DNA of 64,000 bases from Pristiophorus japonicus (GCF_044704955.1 NC_091984.1:148118001-148182000); one strand, 5' to 3'; counted from the stretch's first letter, positions 13,391 to 27,004 are shown. A program made the numbers and translations. The notes: a model not told the origin generated them from the letters alone.

Positions 13391-14116
13391 GAGCTGAAAA
13401 CCAAAGGCCCATTAATGGCCCATCGATGGTGTTCGCCCTCAGTCGGGTGAACAATCCAGAAATTATGGCCTGAATGAAGTAGGCCAGACCATTATTTGCT
13501 TTTTTTTAGTTTGAATTTATTTCTGCTAAGTTAGTCCTTAGTCTATTAAATAGAGGCATGGCAGGGCAGTTCTGTCCTGGATGCTTCTCGTGGCCTGGAT
13601 GACCACATGTGCAGGAAGTGTCACCAGCTACAGCAACTCGAGCTCCGCGTGTCGGAGATTGAGCGGTGGCTGGAGTCACTGCGGTGTATCTGCGAGGCTG
13701 AGAACTTCGTGGATAGCACGTTTCTAGAGGTGGCCACCCGCAGCTTAAGAGTGTGCAGGCAGAGAGGGAATGGGTGACCACCAGACAGAAGAGGAGATCC
13801 AGGCAGGTAGTGCAGGAGTCCCCTGAGTCCATCTCACTCTCCAACCAGTATTGTGTTCTGAGTACTGGTGGGGGCGATGGTGCCTCTAGGAAGTGCAGCC
13901 AGAGCCAAGTCCACGGCACCACGGGTGGCTCATCTGCACAGGGGGGAGGAAGGAGAGTGGAAGAGCAATAGTGGTAGGGGATTCGATAGTTGGGGAACAG
14001 ACAGGCATTTCTGCGGCCGCAGACATGACTCCAGGATGGTATGTTGCCTCCCTGGTGCCAGGGTCAAGGATGTCACTGAGTGGCTGCAGTACATTCTGAG
14101 GGAGGAGGGTGAACAA

Positions 14117-14821
14117 TGTGGAATTGTATTTTTATCTAAGCTGATACCATTCGGTATTTGTGTGCCCTTTGCAATATATATATAACAAAATGGAGTCCTG
14201 GTCCTTCCAGAACTTTCTGCATGAAAGCAATCAGCTTGCATAAACAGCTAAACCTGGTTTGAGATGGCTGATGGCCATCAGACAGCTAGGAGACAAGTCA
14301 TGCTGAGACAAGTACCGCCCCCCCATGGTGCTCTCCTATTGTCTACACGACAAGAGTTCCATGTCACCCCACCCTTTTCTTCTAGACTCAAACCACCAGC
14401 CATTATCTCTTGTAGAGACCTCATCCATTTGATGCAAACAGATAAACTGACTAGGAAACTGAACAATCCTGACACAATGCAAGACAGGTAATAGCTCATT
14501 ACCTCACTCTCATGGAGTAATGGCCGGCTGGCCAACGAATAACCCTGACAAAAGGAAATATCTGGAAACCATGTCAGGACAAGGATGTAGTAATTAACTC
14601 TTTATCTGTATTCACTGACTACGAGACAGAGCCAATACACAGGGAGAGGCCATAACTTGGGTTTTACTGTATAAATATCTTGTGAAACTGTACCATTTCG
14701 GAGGTGTTCACTTAGCTCTTGACTGAGTGTGACCTGCCCCTTGCTTGCAAGTAAATTAAAGAAACTTCTGCCGGAGCTGTAAGTGTCGGAGTCATTCTTT
14801 TCGGAGGTCGAGATTTCGACA
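14117..14821 (+). repeat. ERV 5' LTR (705 bp)
   Basis: Direct repeat of 20502-21209, roughly 98% identical by eye; TATAAA at 14670, ATTAAA at 14755. Confidence 0.95.
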
Positions 14822-14830
14822 GTTACTTCT

Positions 14831-14848
14831 TGGAGGTTCCACCGAGAT
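14831..14848 (+). promoter_or_regulatory. Primer binding site, tRNA-Gln
   Basis: TGGAGGTTCCACCGAGAT is the reverse complement of the vertebrate tRNA-Gln 3' end (ATCTCGGTGGAACCTCCA). Confidence 0.9.
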
Positions 14849-15759
14849 GCATACTCTCTGTCCTGTGAATAAAACGGATACAGGCATAGTGCCTCTCCAG
14901 TGAAAGGCTTCAGTGGCCAAAACAAGGTGAGCCTTTTGCTCGCAAGAGGTTTCTTCACTGTTGAATCGCATATGTAATCTGTTGTCCACAGGGGAGGTAC
15001 TGCAATCTACAAGACTCGACATTTAAAACCTAAAGATATTTTTTTATAACCACTTCTTTCTCAACTTGCAAGCAGAAGAGAACGGGTTCTGGAAAAATCT
15101 CGAAACAGCCCGGGGAAGGTTTCAGTCGGTAAGGGAGCGCTCGTCGATCGAAAAAGGTTCCTGAAGGTTCTTATTAGAAAAAAAAAGCGCTAATCAATTG
15201 AAGGTTCTTATGTGATAAGAGTTTTATTGTTTTTAATTAGGAAAAGGTTCTTATGTGATAAGAGTAGGAAAAAAAAAGAAGCGCAATCGATCAAAGGTTC
15301 TTCTGTGATAAGAGTTAGGGTATGGAACCATAAGTTTTATAAGTTTTATTAGGATAAGTTAAGGACTCGGTCTGTAGTGGCATACAACGCAGACTGAGAA
15401 TTGATTATTTGTTTAGATAGAGTGTAAGGTTATGATTTGTATACTCGCGTGAATATTGTTTGTCCTAGCTGTCCTTGTTGTACTGTCGTGTGCAATACCT
15501 TTGTGCGACATTGCCATTAGAGAAACCGGAAGAATCACTAAGGAAAATTGTGATTCGGAAAAAAAAACAAGGATTGATTGAGAAAAGAAACAGTAACTGA
15601 TTGATCAACTACGGTTGGTTTGTGCCAACATATCTCACACACCCAGACAGAGCCCGAATTAAGAGCCTTTTCAGGCCACGTAACGGCCAGGAGAAGTGGG
15701 CATAGAGAACTCGGTTGGCCGAAAGGATTGTGAGATCAGAAACTGTGGAAAATCTTAAT

Positions 15760-16050
15760 CATGCAGAATGGGTGCCAGAGCAAGTTAAAACACCACAAAA
15801 GGCACACCAGCCTATGTCATGCTCCAGAATTGTGGTCAGTCTTCAATTGACCAAAGAAAAAAAACGGTAAAGTGGACTAAGGGTGAAAACAGGCCATTTC
15901 CACCCGATGGTTCATTTAATTTAGAGAGAACAACATGTCTAGAGGAGTGTCTTATAAACAGAGATCCAGGTAGAAAAAAAAGGAAAGTAATAGAAAAGGC
16001 CTGGGTTCCGATTCTTCAAGCCCATGTAAAATTTAACAGAGGAAGTAAAT
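15760..16050 (+). pseudogene. gag: ERV gag N-terminal (matrix-like) remnant
   Basis: KWTKGENRPFPPDGSFNL resembles the W..FP..GSF motif of class I matrix; no CA/NC follows. Confidence 0.55.
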
Positions 16051-16431
16051 TAAATGCCATAAGAGAACCTGATAGTGACTTATGGATTAAAAAAAGGAGA
16101 AGCTTTATTGAATGGAGAGAGACTTTTGTGAATGTCTTGTCTTTGAATGAGAGTGGTGAATGTCTTGTCTTTGAATGAGAGCGCTTCTGTGTTTTTTTTC
16201 TTGTGTCTGGAAACCTATTTGGAAGGGTTGTGGAGCTGCCTGTTTGTTTTAGCTCCACCCACTTTTTCAAACAAAGTGAAGTTTTTTAACCCTTCATAGT
16301 GTTGTCCTGTATGTGGGAAGTTTAAGACATTTTAAGTTAGAAGCGCAGGTGTGGATTTATTCGGATGAGAAGTTACGGAGCTAGGAAATGCACAAAGGGT
16401 AGGTTTGTTGAGACATGGTCCCGGTGGTTAA

Positions 16432-16483
16432 AAGTTGTAATGCCTTGGGAAGTTGTAATGCCTTGGGAAGTTGTAATGCCTTT
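16432..16483 (+). repeat. 18-bp tandem repeat x3 inside ERV
   Basis: aagttgtaatgccttggg repeated. Confidence 0.9.
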
Positions 16484-16809
16484 TTAAAAAAAAAAGCCTT
16501 TGTGGGTCTCTCGAGGTGCAGGCTGGGGGAATACACTCTCATTGTCCTTGGTGTAAAATCTTGGTACAAAAGCTTCTAGCTCAGTAAGAGGATTTGTTTT
16601 TTTTGATAAAGAGTGGCAGTACAATAGTTGAATTGGGATTTTGAGATATTTGAGGTGATCTCCTTGATCAACATTTTGGGTGTATTGGAAAAATCTTGGG
16701 TTTGGAAGCCTTTTAATAAGATTAGAAAACAAGTACTTTACATTCTGTGATCTGTGAATCACTATAAGCATAAATGAGAAATCCGTGTAACACACTGATT
16801 CTTCCAGTT

Positions 16810-19060
16810 CAGAAGCCCACACAAATGGAGGTTTGTCCATGACCTACGAGCTGTGAATGAATCTACTATATTCTCACAATGCTTAAAGAAGGATTTGGAA
16901 TGAAGTATCCCGGAATGCTTTCCAGAGTCTTAGGCAGCCCCTCACTTCAGCACCAGCCTTGGGATTACCAGATTACACTCAGCTATTCAACTTATTTGTG
17001 CATCACAAGTCGGGTTTTGCACAATCTGTTTTGACTCAGTTACATGGGGACAGGCAGCGGCCGGTAGCGTATTTCAGTACCCAACTAGACCCAGTGACAC
17101 GCGGACTACCAAGATGTCTTCCTTCGTTGGCAGCAGCTTATTATGCTATGCAACAGGCTCAGACAATAACTCTAAATCATCAGACCATTTTGTATATCCC
17201 ACACTCTGTCGAGATTTTACTTACTAAATGTGCCACCCAACACCTAACCTCTGCAAGAACCACTAAATATGAAGTCGAACTGTTATCAAATCCGAACCTT
17301 ATCATCAAAAGATGCACTACCTTAAATCCAGCCACTCTACTCCCCACGGAAGAAGACGGCGAACCCCATTCATGTGAAATGGTAACCGAATTAGTGACTA
17401 AACCACGTATCAATCTAACAGATGTACCAATGTGTAACCCTGATTTAGTGTACTATGTTGACGGATCAGCCCTACGAAATGATAGGGGCCAACCTAGAGC
17501 GGCTTATGCAATTGTAATCCAGTTTAATGTTGTCGAAACAGTCTCTCTTCCAGACTCCTTTTCAGCCCAACAAGCCGAATTGTTTGCGTTAATTCGAGCC
17601 TGTATTCTGGCTGAAGGACAAACAGTTAATATCTACACTGACTCCAGGTATGCTTTTGGGGTATCACATGACTATGGACAAATTTGGAAGATTCGCGGGT
17701 ACCTGACTTCTTCAGGAACCCCTATCAAAAGTGGAAAATCTTCTGCAAGCCATTCAATGCCCCTTGAAACTTGCCATTATCAAATGCCAAGCACATACAG
17801 GCCAGTCGAATGAGGTGGCACTTGGGAATGCCAGAGCTGATAATGCAGCTAAGTCAGCAGCTGTGTCAAAAGGGGGGATGCAGGTGTCATTGTTCCCACT
17901 AAGGAAAAATAATTGCTCAGTCCCGCCACCCACTATTAATGACGTGCTGACCTTTCAGACACAGGCCAGTACGGAGGAGGTGGTGACCTGGACGAAGGAT
18001 CAATGTTATAAAAATCCAGAAGGAATATGGGTTCACCACGACGGCCGTGTGGTGGCCCCTAGATCCTTACTTCCATGGATAGCCCGATGTGTTCATACAT
18101 TCACACATGCAGGCAAAGGGGGATTGGCAGATTATATTTTGGCAACTTGGTATGCACCAGGTATTTCGGCAATTGCAAAACAAATCTGTGAAAATTGTGT
18201 TACCTGTCAGACAATGAATCCGGGTAAGACGGAAAAAGTAGAATCTGCCTCCCACCCAAATCCAGTCGGGCCTTTTGTACATTTACAAATGGATTTTATT
18301 GAATTACCTATGTGTATGGGATTCAAGTATGTATTAGGTATTGTAGATGTGTTCTCGAGATGGATTGAAGCCTTTCCATGTAAAAAGGCCAATGCCACTA
18401 CTGTTGCTAAATGTTTGTTAAAGGAAATCGTACCGTGCTTCGGAATCCCTGCCATGCTTTCTAGTGATAACGGGAACTGTTATAAGAGAAATGTGTAAAG
18501 CTTTGCAGGTTAATCAACGTTTTCATTGCAGTTATCATCCACAATCAGCTGGATTTGTTGAAAGATATAATGGAATGCTTAAAAATAAGCTGGCAAAATT
18601 ATGCAATGACACTGGACTGAAATGGACAGAACTGCTGCCTTTAGCTTTGATGGTAATGTGATCTGCAACCAACAGAACAAAAGGCCTGTCACCGCATGAG
18701 ATAGTTATGGGACGTCCCCAACGACTACCTTTTACAGCACCATTTACTGCAAAACAAATGGACATCCACAAAATGGAGGAAAATATGTTGAATTATTGTA
18801 TTGCACTAACCAAATGTATTTCCAGCTTTCATTCACAGGTAAAGGGAGCTCAAGTCAAGCCAGCGGAAGGAAGTGTCATAACCTGGAGCCAGGGGAATTT
18901 GTTTACATCAAGATTTTTAAAAGAAAAAGCAGTCTACAGCCAAGATTCGAAGGACCATACCAGGTCTTGCTGGCGACCAATACTGCAATCAAGGTAAAGG
19001 AAAGACCAACATGAATCCATGCATCCCATTGCAAACGGGCACCCGACCAGGAGGAAGGGA
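16810..19060 (+). pseudogene. pol: ERV pol remnant (RT fragment, connection, RNase H, integrase)
   Basis: KWRFVHDLRAVN at ~16823; SAPALGLPDY..RPVAYFS; RNase H YVDGS/SAQQAEL/IYTDSRYAF; IN HHCC, LQMDFI, SSDNG, YHPQSAG.VER, GPY. Frameshifts and stops; YxDD core missing. Confidence 0.9.
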
Positions 19061-20471
19061 AGAAGGAATCAGAGGAACAGAAAAAGGAAGACTGAATAAG
19101 GAACTGTATGGACTATGGGGACTGATGGTGCTTGGCTTGACAGGGTTTTACTTTGCATTATTGATTACACCAGGGGTACAGACCCGGCACCGAAGGGAAT
19201 TGCAAGTAAACGTATTTATGGCACTGAGTCATAGGTATGCTCAAGAAAGAAACTTGTCGAGTTGTTGGATATGTTCCCATGTACCTGTCCACTCCGAAGG
19301 GGGCATTCCCCTGAGATCGGTCCCCTTTAACGAATCAGAAATGGTAGAATAGGACAAACCTAACTAAGGGGCCAGAAACGAAGGAGCAAACAGAATGGAG
19401 GTCGGCAGGGTATAAACTTACAGCCTTCCAGGGATGGTACCAGCCCAATTATGATAATAACCATCAGGCTCCCTTCCTAAGTATTACTCCCAGAATAGAA
19501 AATCCCGAAGGTATAATATGCCTCGTGAGTAATGAAACTAAAGGACCAGAAATGGGACGCAGCAAGTGTTCCCAAATGACTAAATGGCAAGCCACAACTA
19601 ATCCCACTGAGAGAAAGATAGCAACCGTTGGCTAGACAATGGTCCATAACAAAGCCCCAGGTGAAGGGTGGGAAGGTGAGACCACTCGAGTAGGGATGGC
19701 GCAAAAGGACCAGGAGCTGACGTCCTATAATTGCACCTACTTTATTTGTGGCCATAAAGCCTACCCATGATTACCAGCCAACTGGACAGGGTCCTGTTAC
19801 TTAGGATATGTGGTACCCTTTATCAGATCAATAAAGACTCTAAGGGATGCCGATGGAAGTCATAGACTTAAACGGGATTTGACATGGCTAAACGGAATAT
19901 TCAAGGTAATGGTGCCACCTTATGGAATAGCATCAACCGAATGGCAGTTACGGTAACTGGCTAACTTAGTTGAATCAGTAGCCAACGCAACTTCCCAAGC
20001 CTTTGAAGGGGTAACTGATGAAATGGTAGCTATTCGAACAGTGGCTCTCCAAAATCGTATGGCCTTAGATTATCTCCTAGCCAAGGAGGGAGGGACATGC
20101 GCATTAATAGGTGAAGAATGCTGTACGTATAGCCCAGATAAATCAGAAGAAATCGGCAGTCTAGCTGAATATATCAGGAAAAAGGTAATAGAGTATAAAC
20201 AGATAGTTGGCCAGGATGGTATCACCTTGTGGGGTGGGCATCGGGATGGTTGGGATCCCTAGGGAAATCTGTGGTACAGAGTTTGATCATATTCCTACTG
20301 ATAGTCTTCGCCCTGTATCAATTATTTGTCTTGGTTAAGTGTTGCTGTGCCAGGGTGGGAAAAACCATATTACCTACCGAGACCACGGCTAGAGTTATGG
20401 TAGCAACAACTACTGAAGGCTCTTGTGTGGAAATGGAAATGGAGAGACTGTACAAGATCAGAATGGATTGA
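19060..20471 (+). pseudogene. env: ERV env (gamma-type), disrupted
   Basis: Hydrophobic signal, CWIC in SU, furin RLKR at 19864-19875, immunosuppressive domain LQNRMALDYLLAKEGGTCALIGEECC (CX6CC), TM helix SLIIFLLIVFALY. Confidence 0.9.
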
Positions 20472-20501
20472 GTTGTCCTTGTGAAGGACAAAATGGGGGA
20501 A

Positions 20502-21209
20502 TGTGGAAATGTATTTTTATCTAAGCTGATACCATATGGTATTTGTGTGTCCTTTGCAATATATATAACAAAATGGAGTCCTGGTCCTTCCAGAACTTTC
20601 TGCATGAAAGCAGTCAGCTTGCATAAGCAGCTAAACCTGGTTTGAGATGGCTGATGGCCATCAGACAGCTAGGAGACAAGTCATGCTGAGACAAGTACCC
20701 CCCCCCACCCCGCCCATGGTGCTCTATTGTCTACACGACAAGAGTTCCATGTCACCCCACCCTTTTCTTCCAGACTCAAACCACCAGCCATTATCTCTTG
20801 TAGAGACCACATCCATTTGATGCAAACAGATAAACTGACTAGGAAACTGAACAATCCTGACACAATGCAAGACAGGTAATAGCTCATTACCTCACTCTCA
20901 TGGAGTAATGGCCGGCTGGCCAACGAATAACCCTGACAAAAGGAAATATCTGGAAACCATGTCAGGACAAGGATGTAGTAATTAACTCTTTATCTGTATT
21001 CACTGACTACGAGACAGAGCCAATACACAGGGAGAGGCCATAACTTGGGTTTTACTGTATAAATATCTTGTGAAACTGTACCATTTCGGAGGTGTTCATT
21101 TAGCCCTTGACTGAGTGTGACCTGCCCCTTGCTAGCAAGTAAATTAAAGAAACTTCTGCCGGAGCTGTAAGTGTCGGAGTCATTCTTTTCGGAGGTCGAG
21201 ATTTCGACA
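20502..21209 (+). repeat. ERV 3' LTR (708 bp), preceded by PPT
   Basis: PPT gaaggacaaaatgggggaa at 20483-20501, then TGTGG...TTCGACA. Confidence 0.95.
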
Positions 21210-24200
21210 ACAACCAGAGGTTGTGGTCCATATCGGTATCAATGACAGGTAGAAAGAGGGATGAGGTCCTACAAACAGAGTTTTGGGAGCTAGGAGAGAG
21301 ATTAAAAAGCAAGACCTCAAAGGTAGTAATCACCGGATTACTCCCGGTGCCACGTGCTAGTGAGTACAGAGATAGGAGAATAGAGCAGATGAATGCGTGG
21401 CAGTAGAGATGGTGCAGGAGGGAGGGTTTTTTGTGTCCTGAGACATTGGGACCATTTCTGAGGGAGGTGGGGCCTGTACAAGCCGGATGGGTTGCACCTC
21501 AACAGAGCCGGGACCAATATCCTCACAGGGGGCTTTGGTAGTGCTGTTGCGGAGGGTTTAAACTAGCTTGGCAGGGGGATGGGAACCGGAGAATAGATTC
21601 AGAGGGGAAAGAAGCAAAGCTGGAATTGGAAAGCAGAAAACTAGACAGTGAATTTGGAAGACCAAGGAAACAAAGCCTAGAAAATAGACAACAAGGCAGT
21701 TTGGCAGTGCTAAATGGTATATACTTCAATGCATGGAGTATAGGGAATAAGGCAGATGAGCTGAGAGCACAGATAGACACTTGAGAGTACGATATTATAG
21801 CTATTACTGAGACATGGCTGAAAGAAGGGCAGGTATGGCAGCTCAACATTCCTGGTTACGGGGTTTTCAGACGGGATAGAGAGTGGGATAAAAAAGGAGG
21901 GGGTCGCAGTTGTGAAACAATTGAAAGAAACAATTACAGCTGTGAGGAGGGATGATATGTCAGAAGGATCATCAAATGAGGCCATATAGGTCGAATTGAA
22001 GAATAAAAAAGGGGTAATCACACTGCTGGGAGTGTACTATAGACCCCCAAACAGTCAGAGGGAGAGAGAAGAGCAAATATGTAGGCACATTTGTGACAAG
22101 TGCAAAAACTATAGGGCAGCAATAGTAGGGGATTTCAACTACCCTAATATTAACTGGGATAAAATTAGTGTGAAAGGTATAGAGGGTGCGGAATTCCTAA
22201 AATGCTTTTGGGAGGACTTTTTTAGCCAGTATGTAATAAGCCCAACAAGGGATGGGATGGTTCTGGACTTGGTTTTGGGGAATGAAGAGGGGCAGGTGGA
22301 AGGGGTATCAGTGGGAGAGCATTTTGGTGCTAGTGATCATAATTCAGTTAGATTTACGATTGTTATGGAAAAGGACAAAGATAGAGCAGGAATAAAAGTT
22401 CTCAATTGGGGAAAAGCCAATTTTGCTGAGCTGAGATGAGATTTGGCCAAAGTGGACTGAAAACGGCTACTTGAAGGTAAATCAGTGTCAGAGCAGTGGG
22501 AGGCATTCAAGGAGGAAATCCTGTGGTTTCAGAGTAAGTCTGTTCCCTTAAAGAAAAAGGGTGGGACTAACAAATCTAGAGGCCCCTGGATGTCAAGGGA
22601 TATATAGTGTAGGATAAAGTAAAAAAGGGAGGCTTATGACAGATACCGAGGGCTCAATACTGCAGGAACTTTAGAGGGGTATAGAAAGTGCAGGGGTGCA
22701 ATTAAAAAGGAAATTAGGAAAGCAAAGAGAGAGCATGAAAACATTTTGGCAAGTAAAATCAAGGAAAACACAAAGATGTTTTTCAAATACATTAAGAGCA
22801 GGAGGATAATTAAAGAAAGAGTAGGGCCTATTAGAGACCATAAAGGTAATCTGTGTGTGGAGGCAGAAGACATGGGTATGATTCTCAAGGAATACTTTGC
22901 GCCTGTTTTCACAAAAGAGAGGGGCGATGCAGACATTGCAATCAGGGAGGAGGAGTGTGAAATATTAGATGAAATAAACATAGTAAGAGAGGAAGTATTA
23001 AGGGGCTTAGCAGCTTTGAATGTGGACAAATCCCCAGGCCCGGATAAAATGTATCCCAGGCTGTTAAGAGAAGCAAAAGAAGAAATAGCAGAGGCTCTGA
23101 CCAACATTTTCCAATCCTCTTTGACTACAGGTGTGGTGCCAGAGGACTGGAGGACTGCTAATGTTATAACTTTGTTTAAAAAGGGAGAAAGAGATAGATC
23201 GAGTAATTACAGGCCAGTCAGCGTAACCTTGGTGCTCGGAAAATTATTGGAAAAAATTCTGAGAGACAGGATAAATCTTCATTTGGAATGACACGGATTA
23301 ATCAAGGACAGTCAGCATGGATTAGTTCAGGGAAGCTCATATCTGAATAACTTGATTGAATTCATCGAGGCTGTAATAAGGAATGTCCATGAGGACAGTG
23401 CATATGATGTAGTGTAGATGGATTTTATCAAGGCTTTTGATATATGGCAGACTGGTCACGAAAGTCAAGTCCATGGGATGCAGGGCAAAGTGGCAAGTTG
23501 GATCCAAAATTGGCTCAGAGGCAGGAAGCAAAGGGTAATGGTTGATGGGTGTTTTTGTGACTGGAAGGATGTTTCCAGTGGGGTTCCGCAGGGCTCAGTA
23601 CAAGATCCCTTGCTTTTTGTGGTATATATCAATGATTTAGACTTGAATGTAGGGGGTATAATGAAGATGTTTGCAGATGATAGCAAAATCGGCCGTGTGG
23701 CTGATAATGAAGAAGAAACCTGTAAACAGCAGGAAAATATCAATCAACTGGTCAGGTGGGGAGAACATTAATGAATGGAATTCAATCCAGAGAAGTGGAT
23801 TTGGGGAGGGCGAACAGGGTATTAAATGGTCGGACAATGAGAGTTGTAGAGGAATAAAGGGACCTTGGTATACATGTCCACAGATCCCTGAAGGTAGCAG
23901 GCCAGGTAGATGGGTTTTTACGACAATCCGGCAGTTTCATGGTCACCATTACTGACACTAGCTTTTTATTCCAGATTTATGTAATTAATTGAATTTAAAT
24001 TCCCCAGCTGCCGTAGTGGGATTTGAACTCGTGTCTCTGTATTATTAGTCCAGGCTATAGTAGTCCAGACTTTCAAAGAGCCAGCACAGGTTTGGTGGGC
24101 CAAGTGGCCTCCCTCTGTGCTGTGAGATGCTGTGATTAAGGAGCGGGGCTCCAGCTAGCGTAGGCAATGTGGGTGCAAGGATTGAAAGCAAGGGTTTGGG

Positions 24201-24339
24201 TGGAGCCCATATAGATGTACCACAAGGGGGCGCTACATCATCGATTGATCCAATTATTGGCAGCGGGGAAACCAGGGATGGAAATAGCTTCAATAAAATG
24301 CATGCTGCGACTTTTAAAGTGGTCAACACCACCAGCACG

Positions 24340-25120
24340 ATCATAGAATCACAGAAAATTACAGCACGGAAGGAGGCCATTTTGGTCCATCGTGTCTGTG
24401 CCGGCCAACAAAGAGCTACCCAGCCGAATCCCACTTTCCAGCTCTGGGTCCGTAGCCCTGTGGGTTACAGCACTTTAAGAGCACATCCAAGTTCTTTGTA
24501 AATGTGGTGAGGATTTCTGCCTCTACTCCCTTTCAGGCAGTGAGTTCCAGACCCCCATCACCCTCTGGGTGAAGAATTGTTTCCTCATCTTCCTCTAACC
24601 CTTCCACCAATTACTTTAATTCTATGCCCCCTGGTTGTTGACCCCTCTGCGAAGGGAAATGGGTCCATTCTATCCACTCTATCTAGGCCCCTCATAAATT
24701 TAAATACCTCAATAAGGTCTCCCCTCAGCCTCCACGGAAAACACGCCCAGCAGATCCAATCTTTCCTCAAAGCTAAAATTCTCCAGTCCTGATAACATCC
24801 TCGTGAATCTCCTCTGTACCGTCTCTCGTGCAATCACATCTTTCCTGTGATGTGGTGACCAGGACTGCATGCAGTACACCAGCTGTGGTCAAACTAGTAA
24901 TTTCTACAGTTCAAGCATAACCTCCCTGCTCTTGTATTCTATGCCTCGGCTAATAAAGGCAAGTATTCCGTATGCCTTTTTAACCACCTTATCGACCTGG
25001 CCTGCTACCTTCAGGGATCTGTGGACCTGCACTCCAAGGTCCCGCCGTTCCTCCACCCCTCTCAGTACCCTCACATTTATTGTGTATTCCCTTGCCTTGT
25101 TGCCCCTCCCCAAATGCATT
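24340..25120 (-). mobile_element. CR1 3' fragment
   Basis: RRDLGVQVHRSLKVAGQVDKVVKKAYG; RLRGDLIEVFK; tail at 24341. Confidence 0.85.
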
Positions 25121-25424
25121 AGAACAAGGCTGCAGTTAGAGCAGCCTTTCCACCCGCTGACAGCACTCACTGAGTCTGACTCATGGCATCGATCTGCTGG
25201 ACATTGATCTGGAAACACCAGCCTCCTGGTGAGGGAATCAAGGCTCTGATGCGACTGATAAAAGTCAAGATGAGGTTGCGGAGAGGTACACAGCTGCTGC
25301 TGGACACAATGAACAGGAGGAGGCCATTCAGCCCCTCGAGCCTGTTCCGCCATTCAATCAGATCACAGCTCATCTGTATCTGAACCCCATCTACCCGCCT
25401 TGGTTCCGCAAGTTTCAAGGCCTA

Positions 25425-25810
25425 TACTCTCTAGAGTTGAGAAGAATAAGAGGTGATCTCATTGAAACATACAAAGTTCTGACAGGGCTTGACAGGGTAG
25501 ATGCAGGGAGGATGTTTCCTGTGGCTGGGGAGTCTAGAACCAGGAATCACAGTCTCAGAATAATGGGTCGGCCATTTAGGACTGAGATGAGGAGAAAACT
25601 CTTCACTCAGAGGGTGGTGAATCTCTGGAATTCTCTGCCCCAGAGGGCTGAGGATGCTCAGTGTTTGAGTATATTCAAGACGGATATCAATAGATTTTCG
25701 GATATTAAGGGAATCAAGGGATATGGGGACAGTGCAGGAAAGTGGAGTTGAGGTAGAAGATTAGCCATGATCTCATTGAATGGCGGAGCAGGCTCGAGGG
25801 GCCGATGGCG
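25425..25810 (+). mobile_element. CR1 3' fragment
   Basis: ORF 25437-25751 RRIRGDLIETYK...QRVVNLWNSLP, then the 3' UTR hairpin. Confidence 0.85.
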
Positions 25811-25869
25811 GGGGGGCGGGGGGAGATGGGAGCCTAGTCCTGGGGGGAGGGGAGAATGGCTCGTGGGGG

Positions 25870-26270
25870 GTCGATTTTTAAAATTCTCATCCTTGTTTTC
25901 AAATCCATCCATGACCTCGCCCCTCCCTTTCCCTGTAATCTCCTCCAGCCCCACAACCCCCCGAGATGATTGCACTCCTCTAATTCTGCCCTCCTGAGCA
26001 TCCCGGATTATGATCACTCAAACATTGGTGGCCGTGCCTTCTGTTGCCAAGACCCCAAGCTCTGGAACTCCCTCCCTAAACCTCTCCGCCTCTCTACCTC
26101 TCTTTCCTCCTTCAAGACGCTCCTTAAAACATACCTCCTTGGTCACCTACACTAATTTCTTCTTATGTGACTCGGTGTCAAATTTTGTATCTCATAATAC
26201 TCCTGGGAAGTGCCTTGGGACGTTTCACTATGTTAAAGGCGCTATATAAATACAAGTTGTTGTTGTTGAA
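25870..26270 (+). mobile_element. L2-type LINE 3' end
   Basis: GGRAF...PKLWNSLP..LR...SFKTLLKTYL and tail ggcgctatataaatacaagttgttgttg. Confidence 0.7.
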
Positions 26271-26334
26271 TTGAGGCAAAATCTGGTATTCTGGATGTCA
26301 CCGCTCCTTTTAACGCCCTCTCCAAAGTACGCAC

Positions 26335-26990
26335 AGCAAATGTAACGCCCCTATTTAAAAAAGGAGGCAGGCAGAAAGCAGGAAACTATAGACCAGTTAG
26401 CCTAACATCTGTCATTGGGAAAATGTTGGAGTCCATTATTAAGGAAGCAGTAGCAGGATATTTGGAAAAGCATAGTTCAATCAAGCAGAGTCAGCATGGT
26501 TTTATGAAAGGGAAATCATGTTTGACAAATTTGCTGGAATTCTTGAGGATGTAACAAGCAGGGTGGATAAAGGGGAACCAGTGGATGTAGTGTATTTGGA
26601 TTTCCAGAAGGTATTCGATAAGGTGCAGCCCCCTTAAAAGATAAAAGGCACAAGATAAAAGTTCAAGCGGTTGGGGGTAATATATTAGCATGGATAGAGG
26701 ATTGGCTAACTCACAGAAAACAGAGACTCAGGATAAATGGGTCATTTTCCGGTTGGCCAACAGTAACTAGTAGGTTGCCGCAGGATCGGTGCTGGGTCCT
26801 CAATTATTTACAATCTACATTAATGACGTAGATGAAGGGATCGAGTGCAATGTAGCCAAGTTTGCTGACGATACATAGATGGGTGGGAAAGCAAGTTGTG
26901 AGGAGGGCACAAAAAATCTGCAAATGTATATAGACAGACAAAGTGAGTGGGAAAAAAGTTGGCAGATGGAGTATAATGTTGGAAAGTGGC
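26335..26990 (+). mobile_element. CR1 RT fragment
   Basis: NYRPVSLTS, YLDFQK and FADD motifs. Confidence 0.85.
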
Positions 26991-27004
26991 ACACACACAT
27001 CTAC

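Larger units (their letters stand above)
14117..21209 (+). mobile_element. Class I (gamma/epsilon-like) endogenous retrovirus, internally deleted provirus
   Basis: Two LTRs (TG...CA), 4-bp TSD ACAA (14113-14116 and 21210-21213), PBS, PPT, gag/pol/env remnants. Confidence 0.95.
13530..23910 (+). mobile_element. Long CR1 LINE (ORF1 zinc finger/esterase + ORF2 EN-RT) split by an ERV
   Basis: ORF1 AIVVGDS at ~13965, resuming EQ|PEVVVHIG across the ERV. ORF2 fragments 21996-22439, 22746-23291, 23418-23771 (FADD). Confidence 0.9.
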
